Below are positions 18,823 to 27,995 of a DNA stretch of 59,830 nucleotides, one piece after another; the first letter of the stretch is position 1, and each line of letters opens with the position of its first letter. Source of the stretch: a virus (Duplodnaviria; Caudoviricetes); IMG/VR virus record IMGVR_UViG_3300036987_000543, positions 1 through 59,830 of that record. One strand, 5' to 3'. A model generated the notes under the pieces. That model was not told the DNA's origin, did no database searches, and saw only the letters and a program-made list of their open reading frames with translations. Both the position numbers and the translations under genes were made by a program.

Positions 18823-19155
18823 ATGAACACAGTAAGCTTTCAATCAATGATCATGCAGCAGAACCCAATCGCTCCGGTGGTAGGGATGCCATGCTGCGAA
18901 ATCCTCTACACAGACCGTTACCCATACACGGTAACCGAAGTGATTTCAGCAACAGAGATTAAGGTTAAGCCTAATCATTACACAGTGCTCGACCATTATG
19001 GTGAAAAGTACCAGATCAACGGTGTGATCGAAGAACACCCTGGAGAGACCTACACCAAAAGAAAGAACGGAAGATGGGTCCGAAAGGGAGAATCAATGAA
19101 TGGTACAGCCATCGCCCTAAATACCCATGCTATGAGAATTGACCCTTGTTTTTAA
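18823..19155 (+). CDS. Hypothetical phage protein
   Basis: Tightly packed ORF; PVVGMPC..ILYTDRYPYTVTEV pattern. Confidence 0.7.
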   Translation: MNTVSFQSMIMQQNPIAPVVGMPCCEILYTDRYPYTVTEVISATEIKVKPNHYTVLDHYGEKYQINGVIEEHPGETYTKRKNGRWVRKGESMNGTAIALNTHAMRIDPCF

Positions 19156-19172
19156 TCAAACAATTGAAAAAA

Positions 19173-19328
19173 ATGAAAAAGCAGAAAACCATCGTTTCAC
19201 CAGAGGAATTCAAAACAATGACAAGTTCCTCTATCGTTCAATTAATGAGTAAAGACAGAAGATTGGCCATTATCGACAATGAGGATGGCGAACGCTACAT
19301 TATCAGAAGAAATGGCAAAGACTCGTGA
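19173..19328 (+). CDS. Small hypothetical protein (51 aa)
   Basis: ATG at 19173 after an A-rich leader; overlaps the next gene. Confidence 0.5.
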   Translation: MKKQKTIVSPEEFKTMTSSSIVQLMSKDRRLAIIDNEDGERYIIRRNGKDS

Positions 19329-20139
19329 TTTTCCGCCAGCCCTGAGGCACTTTGTCAAAGTGCTGAACTCATTCCGGGGCTACTACTACGACTATGACGT
19401 CTTTCGGGACTTCATAGACTATACCACTGCATGCTTCATGTGGGAAGGGGATAAACAACTGGCCGATCAATTGAAGGACCGGTACAAGGAAGATTACCCC
19501 CGGTTTAACGAAATGTTCACAGCACTGGTTCAGACAATGGCCGACAACATGTCGGAAGATCTTGCCTGGTATGATGCTCTGGGAACCCTGTATGAAGAAA
19601 TTGCATCCTACAGCAAAGCATCCTTTCTGGGTCAGTTCTTTACCCCACCAACAGTGTGTGACTTCATGGCACAGATTCAAGAACCCCTAAGCGAATGTGG
19701 CGAAAAAAGAACCGGGCTAACAGTAAATGATCCTGCAAGCGGATCCGGCAGAATGTTACTTGCATTCAACAAGGTTGCCCCGGGAAACTATCTCGTTGGT
19801 CAGGATGTAGATGTTATCTGCACCAAAATGACAGCTATTAACCTTGCTCTGCATGGCTGCAAAGGTCAGGCACTAAATGGCAATAGTCTGATGCCTGATC
19901 ATTTCGTCTTTGGTTATGAGATTAACCCCCGAATATTCACCCTTGGGGGCTTGCCTCATATCGTGCCAATCAAGAAAGAACAGTCCGTTGCCTGGCAGGT
20001 ATGGCACTCGAATGATGGAGAGCCAATCGAAGCAAAGCCACAGAGAGAGCCAGTCAAACCGACAATAATTCTTCCGGAATACAAACCAGGTCAACAGCTA
20101 TCAATATTCGAGGTCTTAGAACCAGTAGAAAGTTATTAA
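19312..20139 (+). CDS. N6-DNA-methylase-like (HsdM-like) protein lacking an obvious catalytic motif IV
   Basis: LGQFFTP and DPASGSGRMLL (SAM-binding motif I) are present; no NPPY/NPPF after GNSL. Likely start MAKTRD at 19312. Confidence 0.7.
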   Translation: MAKTRDFPPALRHFVKVLNSFRGYYYDYDVFRDFIDYTTACFMWEGDKQLADQLKDRYKEDYPRFNEMFTALVQTMADNMSEDLAWYDALGTLYEEIASYSKASFLGQFFTPPTVCDFMAQIQEPLSECGEKRTGLTVNDPASGSGRMLLAFNKVAPGNYLVGQDVDVICTKMTAINLALHGCKGQALNGNSLMPDHFVFGYEINPRIFTLGGLPHIVPIKKEQSVAWQVWHSNDGEPIEAKPQREPVKPTIILPEYKPGQQLSIFEVLEPVESY

Positions 20140-20154
20140 CCCAATCCTTAAACA

Positions 20155-20346
20155 ATGTACATCAGAGAGATTAAAGTAAGAGAGTTCACGGAATCTCCAC
20201 GCAAAACCCGCAAGTCATTTTACCACTCCCCAAAACCAAAGCCTCAGCTTGTCCTTACCGGACACTGGCTCAAAGAAGCCGGGATTGATTCAGGTGACAG
20301 GGTAAAGATCGAGGTTCACTCAGACCGGTTAGTGATCAGCATTTAG
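20155..20346 (+). CDS. symE: SymE-family type I toxin (AbrB-like fold)
   Basis: PQLVLTGHWLKEAGIDSGDRVKIEVHSDRLVIS matches the SymE signature. Confidence 0.75.
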   Translation: MYIREIKVREFTESPRKTRKSFYHSPKPKPQLVLTGHWLKEAGIDSGDRVKIEVHSDRLVISI

Positions 20347-20361
20347 CTTTTCTCAATATCC

Positions 20362-20402
20362 GGACTCCAGGCAGACAAGAAAATTGTCTGCTACTTTAGT
20401 CC
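20362..20402 (+). terminator. Stem-loop after symE, probable terminator
   Basis: GCAGACAA-GAAAA-TTGTCTGC core with outer GGACT/AGTCC pairing; the U-tract is weak. Confidence 0.4.
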
Positions 20403-20447
20403 TTCGTTCCATTCAATTTCATAGTTTTACAAAAGCATTCTAAAACA

Positions 20448-20687
20448 ATGGGCAAGCAACAGCGAAAAATCTATCACGTTGAGTTTAAAGGCACCGGCAG
20501 GCATTACTACTTCGGTAGTGTTGCTGCAATATATGACCGGTTTTCAGAGCAGGAAATAGGAATCTTACTTACGAACCTTTACTATGATCATGACTTTGAC
20601 CTGGGCCCTTATCAGAACGATAGGGTTATAATTCGGTTCGGATACTTGATAACCAAGGAAGGGGAGAGGGGGAGGAAGATTAAGTAA
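20448..20687 (+). CDS. Hypothetical phage protein
   Basis: KIYHVEF...HYYFGSVAAIYD pattern resembling small Bacteroides phage proteins. Confidence 0.65.
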   Translation: MGKQQRKIYHVEFKGTGRHYYFGSVAAIYDRFSEQEIGILLTNLYYDHDFDLGPYQNDRVIIRFGYLITKEGERGRKIK

Positions 20688-21912
20688 TCCTCTTAATATA
20701 TCTAAGGACTTCAGTTATGTCAGTAATCACTAAAAAAGAACCGAAAAGCACTCTGCATTTTTCGTTATCCAATCTTTTGATCAAATTACAGTAAATCTCA
20801 TTGTCATCCTTATAAACTTTGATTGTCCACTCAAAATCTACCGGTTGGACTAACATTTTCTGCTCTGAGGAGTAGTGCCAACTATAAACCGGAATTTCAT
20901 AATTCGCATTTATTGAAATGGTATCGTAGATCTTAACTGAAACCTGAACTTGCTTTTTCTTATTTACCTCAGTCTGATATTCACTTTTCGTTAAAGAGAG
21001 AAAATGAGTAAACCCCGGGCCTCTGATTTTTAATTCAACAATATTCTTGAATCCTGTCTTTTCCCAAAAGGTATCCGAGGCCTTATCAATAGACTTTATT
21101 GCTATGGCATTACAACCATCCTTTTTAAAGTTTAATTTTAGCTTGCGAACAAAGGATGTGCCATAACCCATTTGCCTTTTATCAGGTTTAATCTCCAATA
21201 ATTCTATCGTTGCAATATTTTCAAAAACTGTATAAGTAGCAAAACCCACAATTTCACCATCAACGAGTGCAAGGTATGCTTTTTGGGCATAAAAACGATG
21301 CCTAATAAGTTCAATTTGAGAATAAAATCCTGTGTTACTTTCTTTGTTTTCTTCAATTAGCCAAGGTTCAATTTCTTTTAAACTATCATGTGGGTTATAG
21401 ACTTTTAGTAAACTTACTAATTGTATGCTGTTCTCTATCTCTAATAAAACATTGCAGCCAACATTATGAATTTCAATGAATTTTTTGTTGAATGAGTCAA
21501 GCTTTTCAAGCGAAAACTCTGTCACTTCCATAGACACATTACCTTTACTTTTTCGATAATTGTAAAATCTAAACTCATCTGGGTTATCTATTGAAAATAA
21601 GACTAAGGAATGGGTAATTGTATTCCTTTCTCTTACATATGATATAAACTCACTAACCCATTGTTCAAGATCGGTCTTTACTTTGGGAGATAACATGAAT
21701 TCAGTATACCTTGATGGGAGTTTTTCAAACTTACTTGTAGCATTCGGGTCAGAAAAAAAAGCACCACTTTCTGCTTCAAGTCCCATCTTGTGTAAGTGAT
21801 CAGAAACAATAAAATTTATACGAGATAATGTTAAGTTGATTTGACCAATAATTTTGTAAACCTCCTCAATTTTAATCATATTGATTTGCTTTTCAGGTAT
21901 AAAGAAGTTCAT
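20680..21912 (-). CDS. GNAT acetyltransferase domain fused to an unknown N-terminal domain
   Basis: DGEIVGFATY, IELLEIKPDKRQMGYGT (acetyl-CoA binding motif A) and FWEKTGF; AT-rich; abuts the R-M specificity gene. Confidence 0.75.
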   Translation of the reverse strand: MNFFIPEKQINMIKIEEVYKIIGQINLTLSRINFIVSDHLHKMGLEAESGAFFSDPNATSKFEKLPSRYTEFMLSPKVKTDLEQWVSEFISYVRERNTITHSLVLFSIDNPDEFRFYNYRKSKGNVSMEVTEFSLEKLDSFNKKFIEIHNVGCNVLLEIENSIQLVSLLKVYNPHDSLKEIEPWLIEENKESNTGFYSQIELIRHRFYAQKAYLALVDGEIVGFATYTVFENIATIELLEIKPDKRQMGYGTSFVRKLKLNFKKDGCNAIAIKSIDKASDTFWEKTGFKNIVELKIRGPGFTHFLSLTKSEYQTEVNKKKQVQVSVKIYDTISINANYEIPVYSWHYSSEQKMLVQPVDFEWTIKVYKDDNEIYCNLIKRLDNEKCRVLFGSFLVITDITEVLRYIKRIT

Positions 21913-23380
21913 TTGTGTTTTCTACAAGGAAGTTTCTCGCTGTTTCTTCATCCTTTTCAATGGCCATCTCAACACATCTCTTTGCTTGTTCTAAAAGTCG
22001 TTCCGACTGTTTCTTGAGGCGGTAACTTTCTTCAACTAATGCTGCAATCTTTTGTTGCTTTGGGTAATCAATGATTGGAACAACTACATTTTCAATTTCA
22101 CCAACTCTCCAATGCAGAATAATGGAACCGCCTGCATCTCGCTCAGCTTGTAACTGAACCAGTTTTGAATTTAAAGCTAAAGTTAAATACTCTGGAATTA
22201 CTTGCTCTTTGTGTCTAACCTTTAAATGCAAGATTGCTCCCGATGTTATAAAATCAGCATCGCTTCTGAGCATATATGCTGTGCCTACACTTCCGTCTTT
22301 TGAAAAAAGGATTGTTTCCTTTTTAGGTTTCAGTTTTTCTATTAATTCTTCGTTTTCGACACAAAACCTATTATTAAGCTTCTTTTCGGGTTCATTTACC
22401 CCAAATTTATTATAATCCGAAACTCTTAAGAATGACAAACCTTCATCTGTATAAACATCAGAGCCAGGCTCAATTGATTTTTTTATAGAAACAATATTTG
22501 AAAGCCTGTCATATTTTTGTTCTGTAATATGGTTTACAACCTCCTCGTATTTCTTTTGGTAATACTCAGCATCCAACCTGCCGGTAGATAAAAACGATTC
22601 TTTAAAACCTTTTACGTTTATTGGGTCGGTGCTGGGTTGAAAATCTTTTAAACCAAGAGCTTCAAGTAAGATGGTTTCGGCTTGTTTGTATAAATCTTCT
22701 GAAAGAAACAAAGTATCGTCTGATTGTAAAATCAATTGCTCAATACTTTCATAAAATGCTGGTTTTAATATTGGAATCTCAAATAGTTCCATCTGAGAAA
22801 GAAAGACATGTTGTTGAACGCTACCTCTCGCTTCTCTTTTTAAGTAATTTTGACCGAATTTTGATAGTAAAAATGCAAATAAAAAATACGGATTAATTTT
22901 ACCTTTTGTATCAATTTTTGCTATATCTTGATTGGAATTAATGGGGTACTTCCACTTTTTTGAAGCCAATGCGACATCTCCAATTGTGCCTGACATAGAC
23001 AGCAAAACCATTTCAGGTTTAACTTCTGATTTCCATAATAGAGAATTTGCTGTTTCATCAATATAAATCATATCATTGAAAACAATTCTTCCTTTTTTCA
23101 TATTCACTCCACGGATAAAAGGAATGCCAGAATTCATATAGGCTACATCATTATTTAAAGAGTATGCTCCGAATGATTTAAGCTCAACTTCAAGATTTTT
23201 TAATGTTTTGAATGCTTTACTTCTAATTATTGATTCTTCAGCGATAAATTGCTTTTGAAAAAAGTTGCTATCAAATCTAAAAACATCATTGCTCTTTTTT
23301 ACATAACTATAGCTAATTTCGGTTGCTTCAAGCCCTTCCAACAACGCTTTATACTTTGCCTCGTTGAAAGGGCTACTCAA
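21893..23380 (-). CDS. R-M specificity subunit (two TRDs; HsdS/BcgI beta-like)
   Basis: Two repeated TRD units (RFDSNFF/RLDAEYY, GIPFIRG/GLSFLRV, SGTIG/DGSVG) and IIDYPKQQKIA. Confidence 0.88.
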   Translation of the reverse strand: MSSPFNEAKYKALLEGLEATEISYSYVKKSNDVFRFDSNFFQKQFIAEESIIRSKAFKTLKNLEVELKSFGAYSLNNDVAYMNSGIPFIRGVNMKKGRIVFNDMIYIDETANSLLWKSEVKPEMVLLSMSGTIGDVALASKKWKYPINSNQDIAKIDTKGKINPYFLFAFLLSKFGQNYLKREARGSVQQHVFLSQMELFEIPILKPAFYESIEQLILQSDDTLFLSEDLYKQAETILLEALGLKDFQPSTDPINVKGFKESFLSTGRLDAEYYQKKYEEVVNHITEQKYDRLSNIVSIKKSIEPGSDVYTDEGLSFLRVSDYNKFGVNEPEKKLNNRFCVENEELIEKLKPKKETILFSKDGSVGTAYMLRSDADFITSGAILHLKVRHKEQVIPEYLTLALNSKLVQLQAERDAGGSIILHWRVGEIENVVVPIIDYPKQQKIAALVEESYRLKKQSERLLEQAKRCVEMAIEKDEETARNFLVENTNELLYT

Positions 23381-25359
23381 AAAAAACTTAGTTTCTCCTT
23401 TTTGGCAAATTCAGCAAAGGCCTCAGCAATTCCATCTTTAGTAAGTCCATCGTGGTTGAAAAGATCGTGCTTCACGATTAGGTGATCGTGGCTATCCAAA
23501 AATGGCGTGCCATCACCATTAAGTAGGTATATTTTATCTCCACTGTTATCTTTGCTTGGTTCTTGCATAGTCGCAAAGAAAATTGGATAGTCATCAACCT
23601 TAGGGCAGAGTTTTTCATCCCATTTTTGAACAAATAATACGCTTGTTTTGGTTCCAGTGTGAGGTTTAAAAACGTTTCCGTGCAACCCAACAACCGCCAA
23701 GATTCGACAACGTTCAGCAATGAATTCTCTTATTTGCTTATCACTACTATTGTTAAACCTGCCTTGTGGCAAAACAATTGCCATTCTCCCACCTGGTTTT
23801 AAAAAATCGAGATTGCGCTCAATGAAGAGTATGTCCCTTCCAACTTTAGCTTGATACTTGCCATTAGAGTTTTTGCCAAGTTCATACTTAGCAAGAATTC
23901 TACTTTCTTTTATGTCACCAGCGAATGGTGGATTGGCCATTAAGATATCAAAGCTAAAATCCCTATTACTCTTTTTGTCTAACCTGAGTTTCTTAAGTTT
24001 TTTCCATCCCTCACTATAAATATCTAACCAATCTTCATCGTCTTTAGTTTTTTCATCCCAACGTTCCCAATCCAAGGTGTTTAAATGAAGAACGTTTGTC
24101 TGCCCATCGCCAGCAATCAAGTTTAATGTGCGTCCGACCCTTACAGCTTTTTCATCGAAATCAATTGCAAACACCTTGTCCTGTACATAGTCAATACAGC
24201 GGGGAGGCTTATTCTCTAAGGTAAATAGGTGGCTCTTATCCAATCCCTCATCTTTCAAAATCTGCTCCCAAACATGAAAGATGGCATGAACAGGGAAGCC
24301 GCAACTACCAGATGCGGTATCAATCAATGTTTCGCTTTCCTTTGGATTCAGCATTTTCACTGCCATATCTATTACATGCCGAGGAGTGAAATACTGTCCC
24401 TTTTCACCTTTACTGCTTTGATTTATAAGATATTCAAAAGCCTCATCAACTACATCAAGATTGGAATTAAATAGTTTAACATCTTGCAATGAGGAAACAC
24501 AAACTGACAAATGAGAAGGTGTTAACATTATTTTTGAGTCAGACGAGAAAACACCTTCCCATTTGTTTTTAGCTTGATCAAAAAGTCGTTGCAGTTTGGC
24601 TTTTAATTCAGTTTCAGTATCACCATAGTTTCTGAATTCAAGGTGACGGGTATGGTTTCTTCCGCCCTCCATTTCATCATACAACTTTGTGAAAATTAGC
24701 TTAAACAGTTCTTCAAAAACATCTACCCCTGCGTTAGCAAGTACCTCGTCTTCCATTTCAAGGATAAGGTCTTTTAATGATTTTTTCTCTGTTACCAATT
24801 TGTCTTTTTGCACTAAGTCAATGATTGTCCACCTTTCACCCAGGATATCAGACAACTTCTGATCGGCTCGTGGTACATTGGGGATATCTTCAAAGTAATT
24901 TGGATCTTTCCTATGATAAAATGAGATCGATTCGCCATTGCTCCAGATACCTATTGGGGCTCCTGTAGCATTACAATAAGATTTTAGTTGCTCTTTGCCG
25001 TCTTTCAGCTTTGGCTTCTTCAATTCAACCATTATGTAGGGCGAAGTGATTTTGTCTTTATCAAATACAACTATATCAGCTCGCTTTTTTTCTCTACCGA
25101 ATGAAACATTATATTCAAACTCAATTCTTTGTTTCGGATAGTTTAAATCAAAGATGAGGACCATAGCGTATAGTTGCCTGACAATTTCTTCTGGAGTTAG
25201 CTTAATTTCCTTATTCCGAACAATACACTTCACATAAGGGATGCTCTTCTTGTCTTTTGTGTCTCTAATAAAGACTGCGTCCTGTAATAGTTGAATCTTA
25301 TCTAAACTGAACTGGCCAAGCTTATAGCTAGAGTCCTTAAGGATTTCTGAAAGTTTCAT
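23377..25359 (-). CDS. Fused endonuclease-methyltransferase subunit (HsdR_N-type PD-(D/E)xK plus N6-MTase; type IIB/IIG, BcgI alpha-like)
   Basis: PEEIVRQ...RADIVVFD...VELKKP nuclease; GQYFTPR, DTASGSCGF (motif I) and ANPPF (motif IV). Confidence 0.88.
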   Translation of the reverse strand: MKLSEILKDSSYKLGQFSLDKIQLLQDAVFIRDTKDKKSIPYVKCIVRNKEIKLTPEEIVRQLYAMVLIFDLNYPKQRIEFEYNVSFGREKKRADIVVFDKDKITSPYIMVELKKPKLKDGKEQLKSYCNATGAPIGIWSNGESISFYHRKDPNYFEDIPNVPRADQKLSDILGERWTIIDLVQKDKLVTEKKSLKDLILEMEDEVLANAGVDVFEELFKLIFTKLYDEMEGGRNHTRHLEFRNYGDTETELKAKLQRLFDQAKNKWEGVFSSDSKIMLTPSHLSVCVSSLQDVKLFNSNLDVVDEAFEYLINQSSKGEKGQYFTPRHVIDMAVKMLNPKESETLIDTASGSCGFPVHAIFHVWEQILKDEGLDKSHLFTLENKPPRCIDYVQDKVFAIDFDEKAVRVGRTLNLIAGDGQTNVLHLNTLDWERWDEKTKDDEDWLDIYSEGWKKLKKLRLDKKSNRDFSFDILMANPPFAGDIKESRILAKYELGKNSNGKYQAKVGRDILFIERNLDFLKPGGRMAIVLPQGRFNNSSDKQIREFIAERCRILAVVGLHGNVFKPHTGTKTSVLFVQKWDEKLCPKVDDYPIFFATMQEPSKDNSGDKIYLLNGDGTPFLDSHDHLIVKHDLFNHDGLTKDGIAEAFAEFAKKEKLSFF

Positions 25360-25432
25360 GTGTGGAATAATTAGCTATGCAGTATTAAAATCAATATTTT
25401 GACTGCAAATAATTTGCAATAAAATTCTTCAA

Positions 25433-25450
25433 CGAAAATAATTATTTTCG
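25433..25450. promoter_or_regulatory. Perfect 18-bp palindrome upstream of the R-M operon
   Basis: CGAAAATAATTATTTTCG; contains a TATTTTCG -7-like box on both strands. Confidence 0.45.
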
Positions 25451-25461
25451 CTGAGGTTCAG

Positions 25462-25493
25462 AAAAAAAATCAGCTACCCTTTCGGATAGCTGA
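25462..25493 (-). terminator. Rho-independent terminator ending the packaging/portal operon
   Basis: TCAGCTATCC-GAAA-GGGTAGCTGA followed by T8 on the minus strand. Confidence 0.85.
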
Positions 25494-25518
25494 CCCCAAC
25501 CAGTAAACTAACAACACA

Positions 25519-26568
25519 TTACACACGGGCAAAGATAGGGTTATCCTTTATGAAGTATGGTAAAGTGCCCTTACCCTTCGCTGAATTGTAGCGTTGTTTG
25601 TTGTCTTTCAGCCACTTTTTGAACCCGTCCGGAACGCTAATAACCTTCCTCTGGCTCTCAATTTCTCCCTCTCCATCAAGTAACCTCTGCTGCATATTCT
25701 CAAACTCATCATCAGTCGGAAGTATGGCCACAACATGACACCGGCACTGTGGATGCCAGCCATTAAAGACAAACTCCTTCGGGTACCTACCTTTCAGATC
25801 ATCACAGATATCCACCACCGGATGATTGTTACTTAGTCTTACCTCAAATCCAACAATGAACGGGAGCTGTTGCCAGCGTTTGTGATCTGCTGTCCTGTAG
25901 GCCATATTGGTTTCAGTCCGGGTTAACCGCATAGCGTTCTTGTAGCTTGACCTGTAAACACCTTGCCCGGGATGATAAGCTTTCGCATTCTTTGAGAGCT
26001 GAAGTACGCCCCTGTGGTCCCGTACTCTCCGGTAAAGCCTTTCCGGTTCGTTGAGGTACTTACGGATATCACGCGACAATCCTGCAGCAGATCTTCCATC
26101 TGCAATACCGATATCTATAGCCATCTCCATCTCCTGGCGAAACTGCCCGACATAGTTCCAAACCCTCTTACTGATATTCAGCCCATCCATGCCGGTCTTT
26201 CTGGCAATAAATGCATCCCTGGCAGCCAGGTTTCGCTGAAGGTAAGCCTGTGGCACTTTGCCGATCTTCTTCAGTTTGAAAACACGTTCAGCACGGTTGT
26301 CATTGGTAAGGTTGGCTTCAGCCCATTCTTTCTCGATACCTTTTATGACAGTTCCTGAGACATCACCATAGAGCTTCTCGAAGATCTTTTTTGCCTCTTT
26401 ATTGAGCTTCGGATAGTCCGAGAACCTAAAGGGCACATCAGGATCGATATCCGCTTCGCTGACAAGGGCAATCAATCTCCTGATGGCTGCCATATAAGCA
26501 AGTCGTGTCTTGTTTGCGTGTGCCTCAGTCCGGTGGAACAGGGCGCTGTTCTTATCAAGATCGTACAT
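25519..26568 (-). CDS. Minor head protein (MuF / SPP1 gp7-like)
   Basis: NAMRLTRTETNMAY, ICDDLKG and HPQCRC motifs; follows the portal gene. Confidence 0.88.
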   Translation of the reverse strand: MYDLDKNSALFHRTEAHANKTRLAYMAAIRRLIALVSEADIDPDVPFRFSDYPKLNKEAKKIFEKLYGDVSGTVIKGIEKEWAEANLTNDNRAERVFKLKKIGKVPQAYLQRNLAARDAFIARKTGMDGLNISKRVWNYVGQFRQEMEMAIDIGIADGRSAAGLSRDIRKYLNEPERLYRRVRDHRGVLQLSKNAKAYHPGQGVYRSSYKNAMRLTRTETNMAYRTADHKRWQQLPFIVGFEVRLSNNHPVVDICDDLKGRYPKEFVFNGWHPQCRCHVVAILPTDDEFENMQQRLLDGEGEIESQRKVISVPDGFKKWLKDNKQRYNSAKGKGTLPYFIKDNPIFARV

Positions 26569-26570
26569 GA

Positions 26571-27983
26571 TCAGAAGCCTTGTTCAAACACATCACCACT
26601 TGTTTCTCTCTTACGCTGTCTCTCTGCCTCAATCCGGGAAGTTTCCGAAGTGCTGTCGCTGATAAGTGGATTGAGTTCCCGGCCGGTTTCCTCGCTCATC
26701 ATCCCTGCATCAATAGAGCTGACAAGGTTGGTGATCATTTCGGCAATATCTTCATTGAAAGGACTCTGGAACTGAGCATCAATAATCAGTTTGGAGCATT
26801 GATCTTTGAGCCTGATGTCAATTACGTTTGCTATGGCAGCGATCAACAAACTGATAAACCGGTCAACAAGTTCGTCATGGGACTCTTTATGCTTGTTCGC
26901 TTTGATCTCCGCCAAAATCATCATTTGTTTGAGCGCCTTTCCGGAAACATTGCTCAGGGCTTTCATGTTCTCAAAGTCAATGTTAGGGGTAAAGGTCTTG
27001 CTCAGAATGTGCTTCTGCAGGTAATCAATCTCCTGTTTCTTCAGCTCTGGCGCGGAGTCAATAGTCAGGTAGCTTACATCACTGTCTTTGCCATCCATGA
27101 TGAATATCTTGCCTGGTTCTTCTTTCTCCGGAATGTTCTTGATTACATCCGCTGTTGCCTTAACTGCCGGGGAAGCGAAATAGTCATTTACATCCGCCGT
27201 AAGGCTTGCAATCCATTCTTCCCTTTTGATCAAAGGCTCTACACCCTCATGCTCTTTCTCCTGCCGGAAGTATATCACAGGAATTTTACCGATCAGGTTT
27301 TCTTCTTCCACTACGCTCCATCCCATATCTTCTTTCTTGCACCGGTATATCTTCTGTTTCATATAAACATCAAAGTAGTATGTAGTATATCCACCTTCAT
27401 TGATGTAATATCCATGTCCAAAGGCTACCATCCGATTCCAACGATCAAACATTGGTTTGATTTCGTCCCCTAAGCTTTTACCAAGCACTTTGATCAAAGC
27501 ATCAGGCTTGTTGCCTTCTTCGTCCTTGAAAACATGCAGCAGTAAGGCGCTTTCTGTTTCGGCCCCTGCAATACGTTTGCATTGACGTATCCGGCTGTCA
27601 AACCTTGTGGATTTAATAAGGTCCTTGAATTTTGAGAAGGCCTCTTCTGTACCTTCGGAGACCATCGAAAATTTCACAGGCTGGCCATAAAGAAACACCA
27701 GGGCAATCTCATTGATAAATCGTTGGTATGGAATAGGAAGTTTCCACTGTTTCTGTAAACGGATCGTCCTCCCTTCCTTATCCTTGATGATCTTGTCCGG
27801 CCGAGACATAATCTCATGGGATATTACGTCATACTCTTTGATGGCTTTGTCGACATCTGCAGATCGATCCTGCATCTTTCGGATGACATTGTCGATATCC
27901 TTGTTTTTGAGAAGCTCCTCAAATCCCTGTTGCATATTCAGGGCATGGTTCATTTTGTTTAACAGTACTCTTATCAGGTTCAT
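26571..27983 (-). CDS. Portal protein (SPP1 gp6-like)
   Basis: FLYGQPVK, NLIGKIPVIYF and NVSGKALK motifs; follows the terminase gene. Confidence 0.9.
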   Translation of the reverse strand: MNLIRVLLNKMNHALNMQQGFEELLKNKDIDNVIRKMQDRSADVDKAIKEYDVISHEIMSRPDKIIKDKEGRTIRLQKQWKLPIPYQRFINEIALVFLYGQPVKFSMVSEGTEEAFSKFKDLIKSTRFDSRIRQCKRIAGAETESALLLHVFKDEEGNKPDALIKVLGKSLGDEIKPMFDRWNRMVAFGHGYYINEGGYTTYYFDVYMKQKIYRCKKEDMGWSVVEEENLIGKIPVIYFRQEKEHEGVEPLIKREEWIASLTADVNDYFASPAVKATADVIKNIPEKEEPGKIFIMDGKDSDVSYLTIDSAPELKKQEIDYLQKHILSKTFTPNIDFENMKALSNVSGKALKQMMILAEIKANKHKESHDELVDRFISLLIAAIANVIDIRLKDQCSKLIIDAQFQSPFNEDIAEMITNLVSSIDAGMMSEETGRELNPLISDSTSETSRIEAERQRKRETSGDVFEQGF

Positions 27984-27995
27984 GGTATTTGGGTT

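Noticed and set aside
18815-20450. Recurrent AAACAATG at cassette gene starts as possible recombination junctions
   Set aside because: Adequately explained by ordinary A-rich Bacteroidetes translation-initiation regions.
26580-27473. 297-aa plus-strand ORF
   Set aside because: Lies entirely antisense to the portal gene with no recognisable motifs; a shadow ORF.
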